From: Octopus vulgaris
Taxonomy: Eukaryota
Direction of reading: 5' to 3'
NCBI GenBank assembly: GCA_951406725.2
Contig: OX597823.1
Coordinates: forward strand, 23,498,001-23,562,000
DNA: 64,000 bases
The position numbers were made by a program, and so were the translations under genes. A model generated the notes under the pieces. The model was not told the origin of the DNA and did no database searches. It saw only the letters and a program-made list of their open reading frames with translations. This document shows, piece after piece, positions 44,201 to 57,700 of the stretch (the stretch's first letter is position 1; each line of letters begins with the position of its first letter).

Positions 44201-47200
44201 GCTAGCCTTGATTATAAAAGTTAGCATATTTGGTCAAAATGCTTTTTTTTTTTATTTCTTCCAGTTTAGGTTTTGAGCTAAAATCCTGCCAAGTTCAGCT
44301 TTGCCTTTCATCATTTTGGGGTTACTAAAATAAGAACCAGTTGAGTGCTGGGGTCAATATAATTGACAGGTGTCTTCCACAAAGAAGTATCTTCCTTTGT
44401 GCCTATACTAGAAAGGATTATCATTATTATTATTATTATTATTATTATCATTATTATCATTATTATTATTATTATTATTATTAGTAGTAGTAGTAGTAGT
44501 AGTAATTATTACTGGTAGAAATACTACCCTCTAGGTGGTTTTCTACTAATAGCTATAATTACTCATGTTGTTAAGGGTGAAGGATTGACAGAATCTGTAG
44601 AGCATCAAGCAAAATGTGTTGTGTTTTGGCTCTTTAACTTTTGATTTCAAATACTGCTGGTATTACATTTGCCTTTCTAAAGCCATTAAAATAATATACT
44701 AGTCAAGTGTCATGGACCAATTTAATTGACTAGCTTCTCCCATGTTATGTTTGAAATCATTATTATTGTTATTATTTTTCATTTATCTAAATCTTATTTT
44801 AATTCCAGTTATTGAGGTTCATTTTGTGAAAGTAAAGGAATCAGTCCTGGATGTACAGAAGAAAACATTGTTGGGCAAGAAAGGTATAACAGCAGATGCC
44901 TGTGCAGAGAAATGTTTGTCTGATAAAAGTTGTTTATCATTTGAAATAACTAAAGAACGTAAATGTTACTTAACAAAGGAAAGTGCTGCTATCGCCAATA
45001 AACTAAAGACAGACAAAAGCAGAGATTACTACCAAAAAGTAAAACGTAATTATTCTTTGTTTTATTACTGGATTCTCCTTTCATCATTTCCTGAAATTTG
45101 TAATTCCATTTGTACTTAAGAATATGCAAACAACCATCCCTCTAATGACATTGGTAGGTTTATCTATAAGGAAATATAGATGCGTTCCTGAAAAAGAAAA
45201 GCATTATTAGGAACTGCAAATGTTGTTGGACATTTTCATACTGCATTTGTTCCCCTTTTATGCACTTTTAATTTTTTATGTCAGAAACTCTTGTTCTTAA
45301 AGTTCAGTAGTAGTAGTAGTAGTTTGCATGACTGAGTCAATGCTATTACGGTGGTCTTACAGCTATTTCATCGCTAGTCGATGTCCTTCATAATCTGATA
45401 TATAAGATAGTATAAAAAGAAATGTCAATCTATATAGCTATTTAACTAAATTTTGGCAGGGTACCAATTATAATACCACATGAAGTGAGTATACTTTTCT
45501 GTGTTACTAGTGTTAGGGAAGTTGTCAGCTGAAACTAAAGAACCCTCTCTACTAAAAATAAGATTCTATTCAGAATAGTTCCATGGTATTAACAAGAAAA
45601 CAGCAAGCAATTTCACTCAGTTTAAAATCAAGGATTATGTTCTTTTGTGCTGAAATATTTCCTTCTCAAAGCCTCGAAATGTTTAGTGATCTTAGTGTTA
45701 CAATAACTGAGAATGCTGGGATGCTATTGCTATCACAAGGAACTTTTGTGGGTCAAAAGAAAGGTGAACCATTTCTCTGTATATCTGTGAGGAACTTTAA
45801 CTGGGCTAAAGTCACCAACCATGCATCAATATTTATCCTGAGACCCATTAAGAAGTTCAAGCACATTCATAACGCAGGTTGATAAGAGACAGTTGCCTAG
45901 CAATTTCAAGTAATATGAACAGCCATGCCATCTATAATTTTTGAAAAAATTAAAAAGGAATCTTCTAGAAGTTTGATTGAAATATAATGGTTACTACTAA
46001 TCTAACTACTTTCAACTACTTTAACATCACACTTGAAGTCAGGGATCTTTTCCTTTTGATGGACGGAATTTTCCAGTTATCTAAACAATTTGAAACTTCG
46101 TATACTGGTAGAATGTGTCAAATGAAACACCACTCACTTTCGATTCTCTTAAGCAGGCCTCTTTTTCTTGAAAGCAGCATTTAAACTCTTTAATCACTGA
46201 CAGTAGATTAGAGCATTGATTGTTGCACTAATTAGTAGCAACTCGAAGTGGATGACTCCTTGGCAATCCCACCAAACAGAGAGAAGAACCTTCTTTGCAT
46301 GGAGTTCTCTTTTTGGTTGTGGTTGGGCCTTTTCCTCTTCAACAAGCCAATGTCTCCAATACTTAACATTTTAATAAGAGACTCATTTTTCATTACCAGT
46401 CACCAGTATGTCCAAAAGGGGTGAGATGAGTTCATGAGAATGAAGAGAAGAGCAGATGTCCACTCAGGATTTGCGGTTGGCTTTGAACAAATCATGTGGT
46501 ACCCATTTTCTGAGTTTTGTGAGCTTTTCAAGCTGTTGAAGATGACAGTGAACAGTTGTATGGCTGGAATAAAGTTTGCTTATCAATTCTTCAACTGAAA
46601 CTGCATGATCCTTTTTTCAAGTTCTGCCAAAAGGAGCTTGTCATCAAACTCAATTGGAGGTCCTGTTCAGGCCTCATTTCTGAATTTTAGAAAACATCTT
46701 CTGCATGTTCTTTCATTCAGGCACACTTCTCCACAAGTTGAGTGAATATTTCGAATCACTTCAGCTGCAGAGTTCCCTTTTTTAAACTCACAAAGCATTA
46801 TGTGCCTTAAATGCTCCTTAGACACTTCCATGTCTGAAGAGCTATAGTTAGTGAAAGTTCAATTAGATTATCCTACAAAATGAAATTTAAGTAGTTTAAA
46901 TATGTCCAAATACATATAAATATTACTTTATGGCATTCTAAAATATTGTTAAATGTTTACAAATTGAAAATATAGAAGTCTAGACATTACTTATGGGATG
47001 ACCTGATATATGCATATACATTGTATGCAGCTATGAGGGTATGTAGTAATGATGTATCTATGCATGAATGGAAAAATATTGGTTCCAAATTTTGGCACAA
47101 GGCCACCAATTTCAGAGAAGGGGTTATGTCAATTACATTCATCCCAGTGCTCAACTGGTACTTAATTTAACGACTCTGAAAGAATAAATGGCAAATTTGA

Positions 47201-48748
47201 CCTAGGTAGAATTTGAACTCAGAACATTAGGATGGACGAAATGTTGCTAAGCATTTTGCTTAGTGTGAGAATGATTTTGCCAGCTTTCCACCTTAATGCA
47301 TGGAAATATTGTGTCTTTTTATCTTTTACTGGTTTCAGTCATTGGGCTGTAGCCATGCTGGAGTACCTCCTTAAAGGGTGTAGTTGACAAGTTTAGTCAA
47401 ACAAATTGACCTTAGTACTTGTTTTAAAGCCTGGTATTTATTCTCTTGGTTTTTCTTACAAGGACAGCAAATCAACATTAGTCATCAAGTAATGTTGGGC
47501 CCAGGGTTATAGAAGACACTTGCCTAAGTTTCCATGTAGTGGTTTTTGTACTGCGCTGATGTCCCAACACTGAAATAAATAATCTCTATATCAAAAAAAT
47601 TGGTTTCAGTAATTCATCAATCAATACCTTTCCTATTGAGCAACTGCAACTCTCCATTTTACTCTGAAATCTTAAGATCATAAATATTAACACAACTGGC
47701 ACTCACAAAGTCTATAACAAACAAACATGTGACTATTTGTGTTTGGAACTACAGAAAATGCAATGTCTTCATTTATCATATCAATGCAATGACCACTAAC
47801 TTTTCTTCATAAAAATTGCAATGCATTCATATATTCTTCCAAATGAGCACTCATTTGAATAAAGTCAGTATGTTGCTCTCTTGGCTGGAATATTTAGGAA
47901 AGTGGACAGTTGAAAGAGTTTCAAAAGCTGCTTTATGCACTAAAATTTCATGAGATGAGATAATTGATATTAGGCTAGCAAACAGCTTTTGATTCATTTT
48001 GTTTTTCACTATTTCAAGTTATTTCTAACTTTTTATTAATTTTTCTTCAGCTTGGGTGGGAAAATACAGTATAAGAAAACTTTTACGATGGTCCCATCAG
48101 CTATCATTATGTGACAAGTAGAATATTTCTTCTTTTCAACCCCCTGAATCTATAAAGGTATTATAAAAGTATGAGGCTCCATTTGCCAATCATGTTGTTG
48201 TTCTATAGTCAAGCGGTCAGTGTCCAAGAATTTTCAGGTGTGAAAGTTTTTCTAATTGTTGCACATTGATTTCTGTAGCTCTGAATGACCCTGCAAAAAT
48301 GGGAATTTCCATTTCAAACCATTTTCAGCGGATAAAAATTGATATTTAGAGTAATTTTAAATACCGTAGTTTTACATTTCTGTACTCACCATCAGGTGTC
48401 TTTTCAGAATATATATAGTTTTATATAGTTTCAGATTAGTGCTAAGAAGTTATTCTTGTTCAAAAACTGGAAAAGACATTAAATTTTTCACTTTGTCCTG
48501 TTTTTGACTCCACCATTATACAAGAAATCAGGTAGTTTAGCAAGTGAATTCATGTGTTCAGACCTTAATATAAGATTAGAGAAGATGGCATGCTCATCAA
48601 CTGTTGTTATCAAATAATACCTGCCTAAACTTTAAACGTTTTTCAAAATAGACCCCAAGACATGGGTTGTTGTAGTGTTGAAAACTGGGATTGATGTAAT
48701 CTACTCATCCCCTACCCCAAAATTGTTACTCTTGTGGCAAAATTTGAA

Positions 48749-48795
<47 letters not shown>

Positions 48796-51700
48796 CATTA
48801 TCATCATCATTATTATTATTATTATTATTATTATTCAGTAGTTTTATTTTTATAGCGTGCTTTCACTTCACTACCGAGTGCAGCTCTGTGTGCCTTGGGT
48901 ATGTGCTGTGATTTGTTGTGATGCTCTGATGGTTATTGTATGGAAAGTGTTCTGTGTAGGATGTGTGCAGTGCCTAGTAGTGCAATTTTCTGTATGTTAT
49001 ATGTGTTTGTAAGTCCTGGTGTTTTTGTTATGTATTTGTCTGAATATTTTTTTATCATGCCTAATGCGCCTACTATGATAGGAATTGTTTCTGTTTTCAG
49101 GTTCCACATTCTAGTTACCTCTATTTCCAGGTCTTTGTATTTTGAGAGTTTCTCCATTTCTTTTAGAGACACGTTGTCATCAGCCGGTATTGATACATCA
49201 ATTAGAAAGCATTTTTTTTTCTTCATGATCTCTGACAACTATATCTGGTCTGTTGGCCTTAATTTCTCTATCTGTGTGTATCGGCATATCCCAGAGTATG
49301 GTTGCTTTCTCGTTTTCTGTGACCTTTTCTGGTGTGTGCCTATACCATCTTTTTTCTGTTGTTATTCCATAATGTTGGCATAGCTTCCAATGTATGTAGG
49401 TTCCAACTCTGTCATGTCTGTGAATATATTCCTTCTTCTTCTTCTTCTTCTTCTTCTTCTTCTTCTTCTTCTTCTTCTTCTTCTTCTTCTTCTTCATTAT
49501 TATTATTATTATTATTATTAAGGCAGTAAGCTGACAGAATGCCAGACAAAATGCTATTAAGCATTTTGTCCATCCTTGTTTTCTGAGTTCAAGTTCTACT
49601 GAAGTTGACTTAGCTTTCCTCCTTTTGGGGCTGATGCAATAAGTACCAGTTTAGCTGGTCTTGTGCCAAAATTTGAAATAATAATAATTGTTATTTTTAT
49701 CAAGGCGGTGAACTGGCAGAATCATTAACATGCTGCACAAAATGCAACTAAGCATTTTGTCTCTCCTTAGGTTCTGAGTTCAAATGTGCTGAGGTCAAAT
49801 TTTCCTTTCATTATTTGGGGGTTGTTGAAACCAGTACCAATTATACATGGGAAGCAATGTAATCAACTTACCCTCTTCCCTCAAATTTCAGGCCTTGTGC
49901 CTTTAATAGAAAGCATTATTATTGTTATTATTATTGAGGCAGGAAGCAGGCAGAATCGTTAGCATTTCATAAAATATACTTAAGGGTATTTTGTCTGTCT
50001 TTACATTCCAAGTTCAAATTCCACCGAAGTCAACTTTGCCTTTCTATTTTGACTAAATTATTAGAAAACCATCTGGTACAATGTCATATAAATGGATAAC
50101 ATATTATAAAATCACAATCTATCCACAAAAATACTTTTCTGCATCAGACACCCTTCTCAGAATTAATGTGAATTCTTGTTATACACACAAAAACATGTCT
50201 GAATGTCTCACTTGTTGACAATCCATTTGTACATTTCTCTTCTGATAATCTGTTTTGTTTAAGATTGAATAGCCATAAAAACACTTGACACATTGGTTGA
50301 CCACATGTTTAAGGAAGCCTTAATCTTACAAAATTATCCCATTAGAGAAGAAGTGTACAAATGTATTATCTGCAGCCTAAATATAGATACAAGGTTTCAA
50401 ATAAGTCTGAAAATGTTCTACAACTTGCATGAATTCTGATTAAGGTGTCATTTTGTGGATCACTTATTTACTTATAACTTGTCCCATGCCAGTGACACAT
50501 AAAAAGAACCATTCAAGCGTGGTCAATGCCAGTACTGCCTGACTGGCCTTCATGCCTGTGACACATAAAAAGCACCCACTACACTCTTGGAGTGTGTGTG
50601 TGTGTGTGTGTGTATGTATGTGAGTTTGATATAAAGTATAAAATATATTCCTTGATTTAAATTTTTTTCAGCAACTAAAAAGCCTTTGATATTAAAAAAT
50701 GTTGGTATAGCAAAGGAAGATAATATTGAACAGCTAAAGTCTGTGAAGTTGAAAGAGTGTGATCAAGCTTGCCGAAAAACTCTGACATGCACAGCTTATG
50801 GATACAATGAGAAAAATAAACTTTGCGATCTGAGTAATGTGACTCAGGTGTCTAATGAACTTAAACCCAATGATAAAGGATGGGATGTATATATAATTCA
50901 GCCAGGTCAGTAGTGTATTTCCATTTTATTTATTGTGTGTATTTAGATTTATGCATGTGTGTGCATTCTCACTCCAGATGGTGTACAGGATTGAGGAAAT
51001 TGCAGTTTGTTGAGTAAATTAACTATGTACCAAAACCTTCTACCAGCTGGCAAGTGTTCACACAAATCTTCTTTTCAGGTGCTAACGAAAGTTCCTCCAT
51101 GACAACTGTCTTCTTGCTCTTCCAAATCCACAATTTCAGGACCGCCACAATCAATGTTGGTCTAATGAATGGAAGAAAGAACTAGTGAGATTATTGAAAT
51201 GCTGAAGTGATGGCATGTAGATGTGTACAGTGAGCAAGAAGTAAGATGGAGGAGAGCTACTGCTAGATTCCTCATGAGTAAGAAATAGAGGTTCAATTTT
51301 TCCTGGGTAGGCAGCAATGATGGTGTGGGTGGTGTAGGCAGCATAGAAATAGGTAGATAATGTGGTTGAGGTAGTCAGAGTATGTGAAAGTACAGTTAAT
51401 ATGAGACTAATCTTGAATAAATTTAATGCTGGATTTGTCTCTGCCTCTGCTCTGCAGTCTGGGCTGGCTGATGATCAGAAAGACCAATTTTATGAGGTCC
51501 TTTTTACAGAATTCCTTAATGCCAAATGACAGAAATTTGGTTATTGTAGTTGATGTTTTCAATGGACATGTTGGGCAGTACCCATGAATTCATTGTGTGC
51601 ATGGAGGTTGAGGCCTTGGCTCTAGTAATGAGGACAGAACAAGACTGCTGGACTTTTGTGATGCAAATGGTCTGATTATATGCAACACTAACTTCAGGAA

Positions 51701-54700
51701 ACCAGCCAGCCACCTAATCATCCATCGGTCACATATGCATATAAGCCAGATTAATTACATCCTCACTAGGCAACAAGATAGACACATGTTTGCAAAGTCG
51801 TTCCCAGGTGAAGAATGTAGATGTCAATGTAGGTTACTAGTTAGTGATTTCAGAATTAGATTTTAAAAAACTTGGAAAAATCCTGTCTGGTAAAGGAGGT
51901 TATGGAAACTGAAAGACCTAAGAAAGCAACATAAATTTAGAAATATTCTAATAGAAGCTTCCGATGAGGAGAAGAAGGAGTTGGATACATATAACTTAGA
52001 GGACAATTAGAAGTTCCTGTGGGAAAGGTAGGTCTAGTGAGATTGTAGAGATGCTTGAATGGAGATGTGTTGATGTATGCTGCATACAAGAGATAAGGTG
52101 GAGATGAGCTTTAGCCAGGGTCCTCACAGGTAAGGCACAGAGGTATAAAATCTTCTGGGAAGGTAACAGTGACAGAGTAGGTGGTGTAGGCATACTTCTT
52201 GCTGAAAAATGGATGGATAAGGCCATAGAGGTAGTCAAGGTATGCAGTAGAGTGCTTAAGCTCAGGTTAGTCTTGCAGAATAGTATAGCTACTATTATTT
52301 CTGCTTACACCCCACAAGCAAGCCTACCAAATGAACAGAAGGACCTCTTTTATGATATTCTTCTACAGGCTGCCTCAAAGAGTGACAATGACCTTATCTT
52401 TGTGGCTGGAGATTTTAATTGGCATGTTGGATGGCAACCTGGTATCTTCCACAGTGTTCATGGGGGCCTTGGAATTGGTCCCCGAAACAAAGAGGGAACT
52501 AGATCTACCTTTCAATGTGCCTACATTAACAGTGCCAACTCTAACAACTGAGAAAGGGATGTGGGAGGAAACATAGGAAGGAGAGATGTTATTCAGCACC
52601 TGAAAAGAAGGTTTCCATGTTTGCTTGATAGGCATGCTACACCAGTTGTTCTCACTTTTAACCTATCATCATTCCAACATGTTAAAATTGTTGCCCTTAC
52701 TGGGGGTAAGAATAAGTGTTAGGGGCATTGTAAGTATAAGCATTATGAGTATTGTAAATATAAGCATTACTGGTGCAGCAGATATATAAATAATCAACCA
52801 ATCACCTGATAACCTATCAATCAATTGACTCTGCTAGCCATTCTCACCAGACAACAGAATGCATAGTTGCTCTTAAATGCAAAGACCCTCTCTGGTGAAG
52901 AATGAACCCACCAGCATAGACTAGTCATTAGCGACTTTAGACTTCAGGCCAGAAGGATGCGAAGAAGCAGACAAATCTGGAAAAGAAGGATTTGAAAGCT
53001 AAAGAACCCTTTACATGGTCAGAGATTTAGGGACATCCACATTGAGAAATTTGATGAGAGGGAGGAGGAGCTACTGACTTGTGACATAGAGGGCAATGGA
53101 AATTCCTGCATGACAGCTTACTGAGTGCCACAGACCAAATCTGTGGCTGAGGCAAAGTCCCTTCCTGATCTAGGGTAACATGGTGGTGGAATAATACTAT
53201 AGGCAAGGCCATTAGAGCAAAGAAACAGGCCTGGAAAACCTGGAAGAGTAGGCATAGCAGAGAACTGTATCAGATAGTCAGAAGGGAGGCTAGAAAACAG
53301 GTATATATAGCCAGGTAAGAAGCAGAAAAGAAGTTTGCCAATGTTCAGCGATGTGAGGACCAAAGAACTAAGTATTTTGGACTGCAAGACAGTGTGTGAG
53401 AGAAAATTGTAATGTCAAAGGAGAGAAATGTGTCTGCATGGATGATGGTGAACTTGTGTTTAATGATTCTGGAAAGAAGATGCTTGGAGATGCCATTATG
53501 AAAGACTGCTGAATGTGGAGAATGAATGAGAGGAGGAGAGCCTGCCAAATGTTGACCCAATTGAGGGACCAGCGACCCAAATCGACAGTACCTTGGTAGA
53601 TAAATTAAGGATATGAAGACAGGGAAAGCCCACCCCGGCCCATCAGGAATCACCACTGAGATGCTTAAAATATCTGGTGGTGTGGGTTATCAGCTAGTCA
53701 CCTGTATTGTAAATCAGGTAGTTCATGGAGTCATACCGAATGACTGGTGTAGCAACACCATAGTCAGCTGTTACAAAGGTAAAGGTGATGCTTATATAGA
53801 AATAAGTACAGGGTTATCTAATTGCTGGATCAGGTGATGAAGGTCATGGAGAGGGTCATAGCCCAACTAATTAGAGAGAGAGTTAGCCTAGATGAGATGT
53901 AGTTTGGTATTGTGCCAGGTAGAAGCACCACTGATGCTTTATTTCTGATAAGGCAATTTCAGGAGAAATACCTAGCCAAAGATAAACCTCTATACTTGGC
54001 TTTTGTTGACTTGGAGAAGCCTTTGACAGGGCCCCTGATCCCTTATCTGGTGGTCAATGTGTAAACTAGGGACAGACAAGTGGTTGGTAAGAGCTGTACA
54101 GGGATGCTGTCAGTAAGGTGAGGGTTGGCAGTGAGTAAAGTGAAGAATTCCAGGTTGAAGTAGGGTTCATCAAGGATCAGTTCTCAAACCCCTCTTATTC
54201 ATCATAGTCCTCCAGGCAATAACAGAAGAATTCAAGGTAGGCTGCTCTTGGGAGCTCCTCTATGTCGATGACCCTGCTCAAATAGCTGAGTCACTACTAG
54301 AACTAGAGATGAAGTTTCAATTGTGGAAGCAAGGTCTAGAATCAAAGTCAATTTAGCAAAAACCAAAGTCCCTGTTTGTAGGAAGGCAGACAAAGCGCAA
54401 ACCCCTTCAGGTAGATGACTCTGCCCGATCTGTAGAAAAGGTGTAGGTTGAAACTCCATAAGATGTACCTGGTGTAAGCTATGGACACATAATTGGTGCA
54501 GTGGTATCATAGGAAAATTAACCAGGAAAATAGTTTTGTGTGTGGCAGATGCACAGGGGTAATAAACACTGAAGATATACAGATTCCATCATATGCCAGG
54601 GGGAGAAACTAGAAGTAGTTGATAGTTTCTGCTACCTAGTCTGATATGGGGGTGGATGCTCTGAGCATAGCAACTAGAATAAGAATAGCCTGGGCAAAGT

Positions 54701-57700
54701 TCAGAAGGCTCCTACCTCTGCTGGTAACAAAAGGCATCTTGCTTGGAGTGAAGGTAGATTGTATGATGCATGTGTGCAAATAGCCATGCTACATGGCAGT
54801 GAAACATGGACCATGACTGCTGAGTACTTGTGTAGGCTTGAAAAAAATGAAGCTAGTATGATCCACTGGATATGTAATGTCAGTATGCATACATGAGTGT
54901 AAGCGCCTTGAGAGAAATGTTGGACATAAAAAGCATCAGATGTAGTATGCAAGAGAGATGACTACATTGGTATGGTTATGTACTGCATATGGATGAGGAG
55001 ATCTGTGTGAAGAAGTGTCACACCCTAACAGTGGAAGGAACCCATAGAAGAGGTAGACCCTGGAAGACATGGGATGAGGTAGTGAAGCACAACATTCGAA
55101 TGTTGGGCCTCACACAGGCAATGACAAGAGACCAAGACCTTTGGAGATAAGCTGTGATTGAGAAGGCCCAGCAAGTAAAGTGAGATTGCAGTTGTGGTCG
55201 ATACCAGTGTCACATAACGAGCCCATTTAAAAGTACTCTTGAATCGTTGGGTAATACACTGTGCTTGAAAAGATCTATTGAGTCAAGTGAAATCAAAATT
55301 GCGGCCAATGACCCAGCAAGTAAAGTCAGATCGCAGCTGGGGCTGATACCACTGTTGCACAACCAGCTCATTTAAAAGTGCTCTTGAATTGTTGGGCGAT
55401 ACACTGTGCATGAGAAAACCTATTGAGTCAAGTAAAATCAAAATCATAGTCATGGCCGATGCCAGTGCGTCCTGACTGGCACCCATGCTGGTGGAACGTA
55501 ATAAACACCATTCAAGCGTGGGTTAATGTCAGTACTGCCTGACTGGCTCCCTGTGCCAATGGTATGTAAAAAGCAAGCACCATCCTAATGTGATCAATGC
55601 CAGTGCCACCGGACTGGCTCCTGTGCTGGTGGTACATAAAAAGCACCCACTACACTCTTGGAGTGGTTGGTGTTACGAAGGCCATCCAGCTGTAGAAACC
55701 TTGCAAGATCAAATTGGAGTCTGGTGCAGCCTACTGGCTTGAGAGTCCTCAGTCTAATCAGCCAACTCATGCCAGCAGAGAAAACGGATGCTAAACAATG
55801 GTGATGATGATGATGGTGATGACATGAGGGGGTGCTGTAAAGTTACTGGCTTTGGCTAAAAGAAAATAGATGGGGATCAGTTGATTATGAATTTATTCAA
55901 CATATCCCCATCTCAAATTCACACACTTATTGCAATAGTCCTTCAGTTTTTCTAAGCCCTGTAAAAGAAATCAGAAGGTTGGACCTCCAACCAAGCCTTT
56001 TACAATACCCTTAAGGTCAGAAACTTTTCAGTACCCCTCATATATATCTGCTAATGAGGGTATCTTTAATGCTTATGCCCACCACTATAATGAATAGAAG
56101 AAATAAGAATGAAAATAGTATGTATATCAAGAGACTTCCCATAGTAAAAACTCAAAGCTGATTGTACAGGTAATAAAAGAATTGATAATAATCATAATCA
56201 CAATAGTAATATGTGTAAGTGGAAAGCAAAATACACTAATTATAATAATACTGGTAATATTCGTATTTATGATAAACCTATATTAATGAATAGCAGTAAA
56301 AAATGATTGTAGTGATAGATCTGCCATTACTGATGTGACTTGTAGGAGCAAAATTCATAATAGCAGTCAGAACATAATTGGTAAGACGATGGGTAGAAAT
56401 AGAAATAGCAGTAGTGATGATTGTGTTAATATCAATAAAACACTTATATTTAGACACCATAAACCCCAAATCCAGCAGAGCCTATGTAATGATGATGTAA
56501 TATAGTTTAACCTACTTTGATCTTGCCACACTGTTACAAAACTTTTTTAAAAAAGCTGTTTGCTTCCATATAAATATATTTATGTGTGTGTACATGTGTG
56601 CTTATCTGTATATATGTGCCTATGTATGAATATCTATATATATCTTGCATATGAATATATAAGTATGTATGTGTTTGTATATGGGGTTATACTGATGTTC
56701 TCATATATGTATATATATACAAAATAGATTGAAGGTGCATGAGCATGTTAATGGATCATCTCCTGTCTCTATCTTACCTGATTATGTGTTTAAAATTTAC
56801 CTATCTACATATCCTACCTACCTACATACATACACAAAAACACACACACACATCCGTGAGCACATTTCTTTAGTTTGTTAAAGTCAATATCTTTTATTCT
56901 AAATTTGTCATGATCTTTTTATTCCAATCCTCTGCCTGATATATATGCACCATTAATGCTAATTCCTCTTATCTATTCCAGTTTATACAAAAGTCGACTG
57001 TGGAGAACCCAAAAACATTGTTGGTGCCTCTAAATCCTACAAAACCAGCACCTATAAATCTGAAGTGATCTACACTTGTCCAGGAGGCAAAAAGTTCAAG
57101 TCGATATGTAAAGAGGACAATAAATGGAGTCCTGTAGTGTCTACTTGTAAAGGTAACTTAAATAGCTTCTTTCTTCCTGCCTCTTTAGGTTACTTTGTTT
57201 TACTTTTTTCGTAAATGTGTTTCTGAGAGAAAGAATGGCTGTGTCCATGAAAGATTTTCACTGTATTTGTGGTTGGTGGGAGGGAGAAGAAATTATTCTC
57301 AGACCAGAGACCTCACTAAATGCTTGCAACTGAGTGGACTTCATCAAAGCTGTTCAAGGGCCAGCTAATAGTATTAATTTGGGAGATGGTTTATGTAGGC
57401 TATATGTACAGGAAGTGTGGAGAATTTCTTTCTCTAGAAGGCTTCCACATAGTTTCCATCCACCAAATTTCATCAACAAGGCTTAGTTGTAAAGGAAATT
57501 TTTAACCATGTAGACAAATCTTCACCCAATAACACATAGTAGTTAAATGAATATATTACCTCTACATCTAGGCATTTTCTCATGATTTCTATCTTGACCT
57601 TTCTCAACCATATTTTGTGTCCCATTTAAAGCTCTGTACAATGTAATTCAGAGTCCTTCTTTACAAGAATGCAACAACAATCTGAAATAGACTTGTGATC

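Noticed and set aside
44742-45119. Single-exon ORF resembling signal peptide + PAN + hydrophobic tail (similar at 61521-61868)
   Set aside because: The apparent signal peptide is a translated (TTA)n SINE tail plus polypyrimidine tract; C2 has only a TTG start there and C1 has no such leader; a good AG acceptor sits at the domain boundary in all four.
49198-49529. Poly-Lys and poly-Ser/Leu ORFs
   Set aside because: (TTC)n/(TTA)n microsatellite fused to an R4 fragment.
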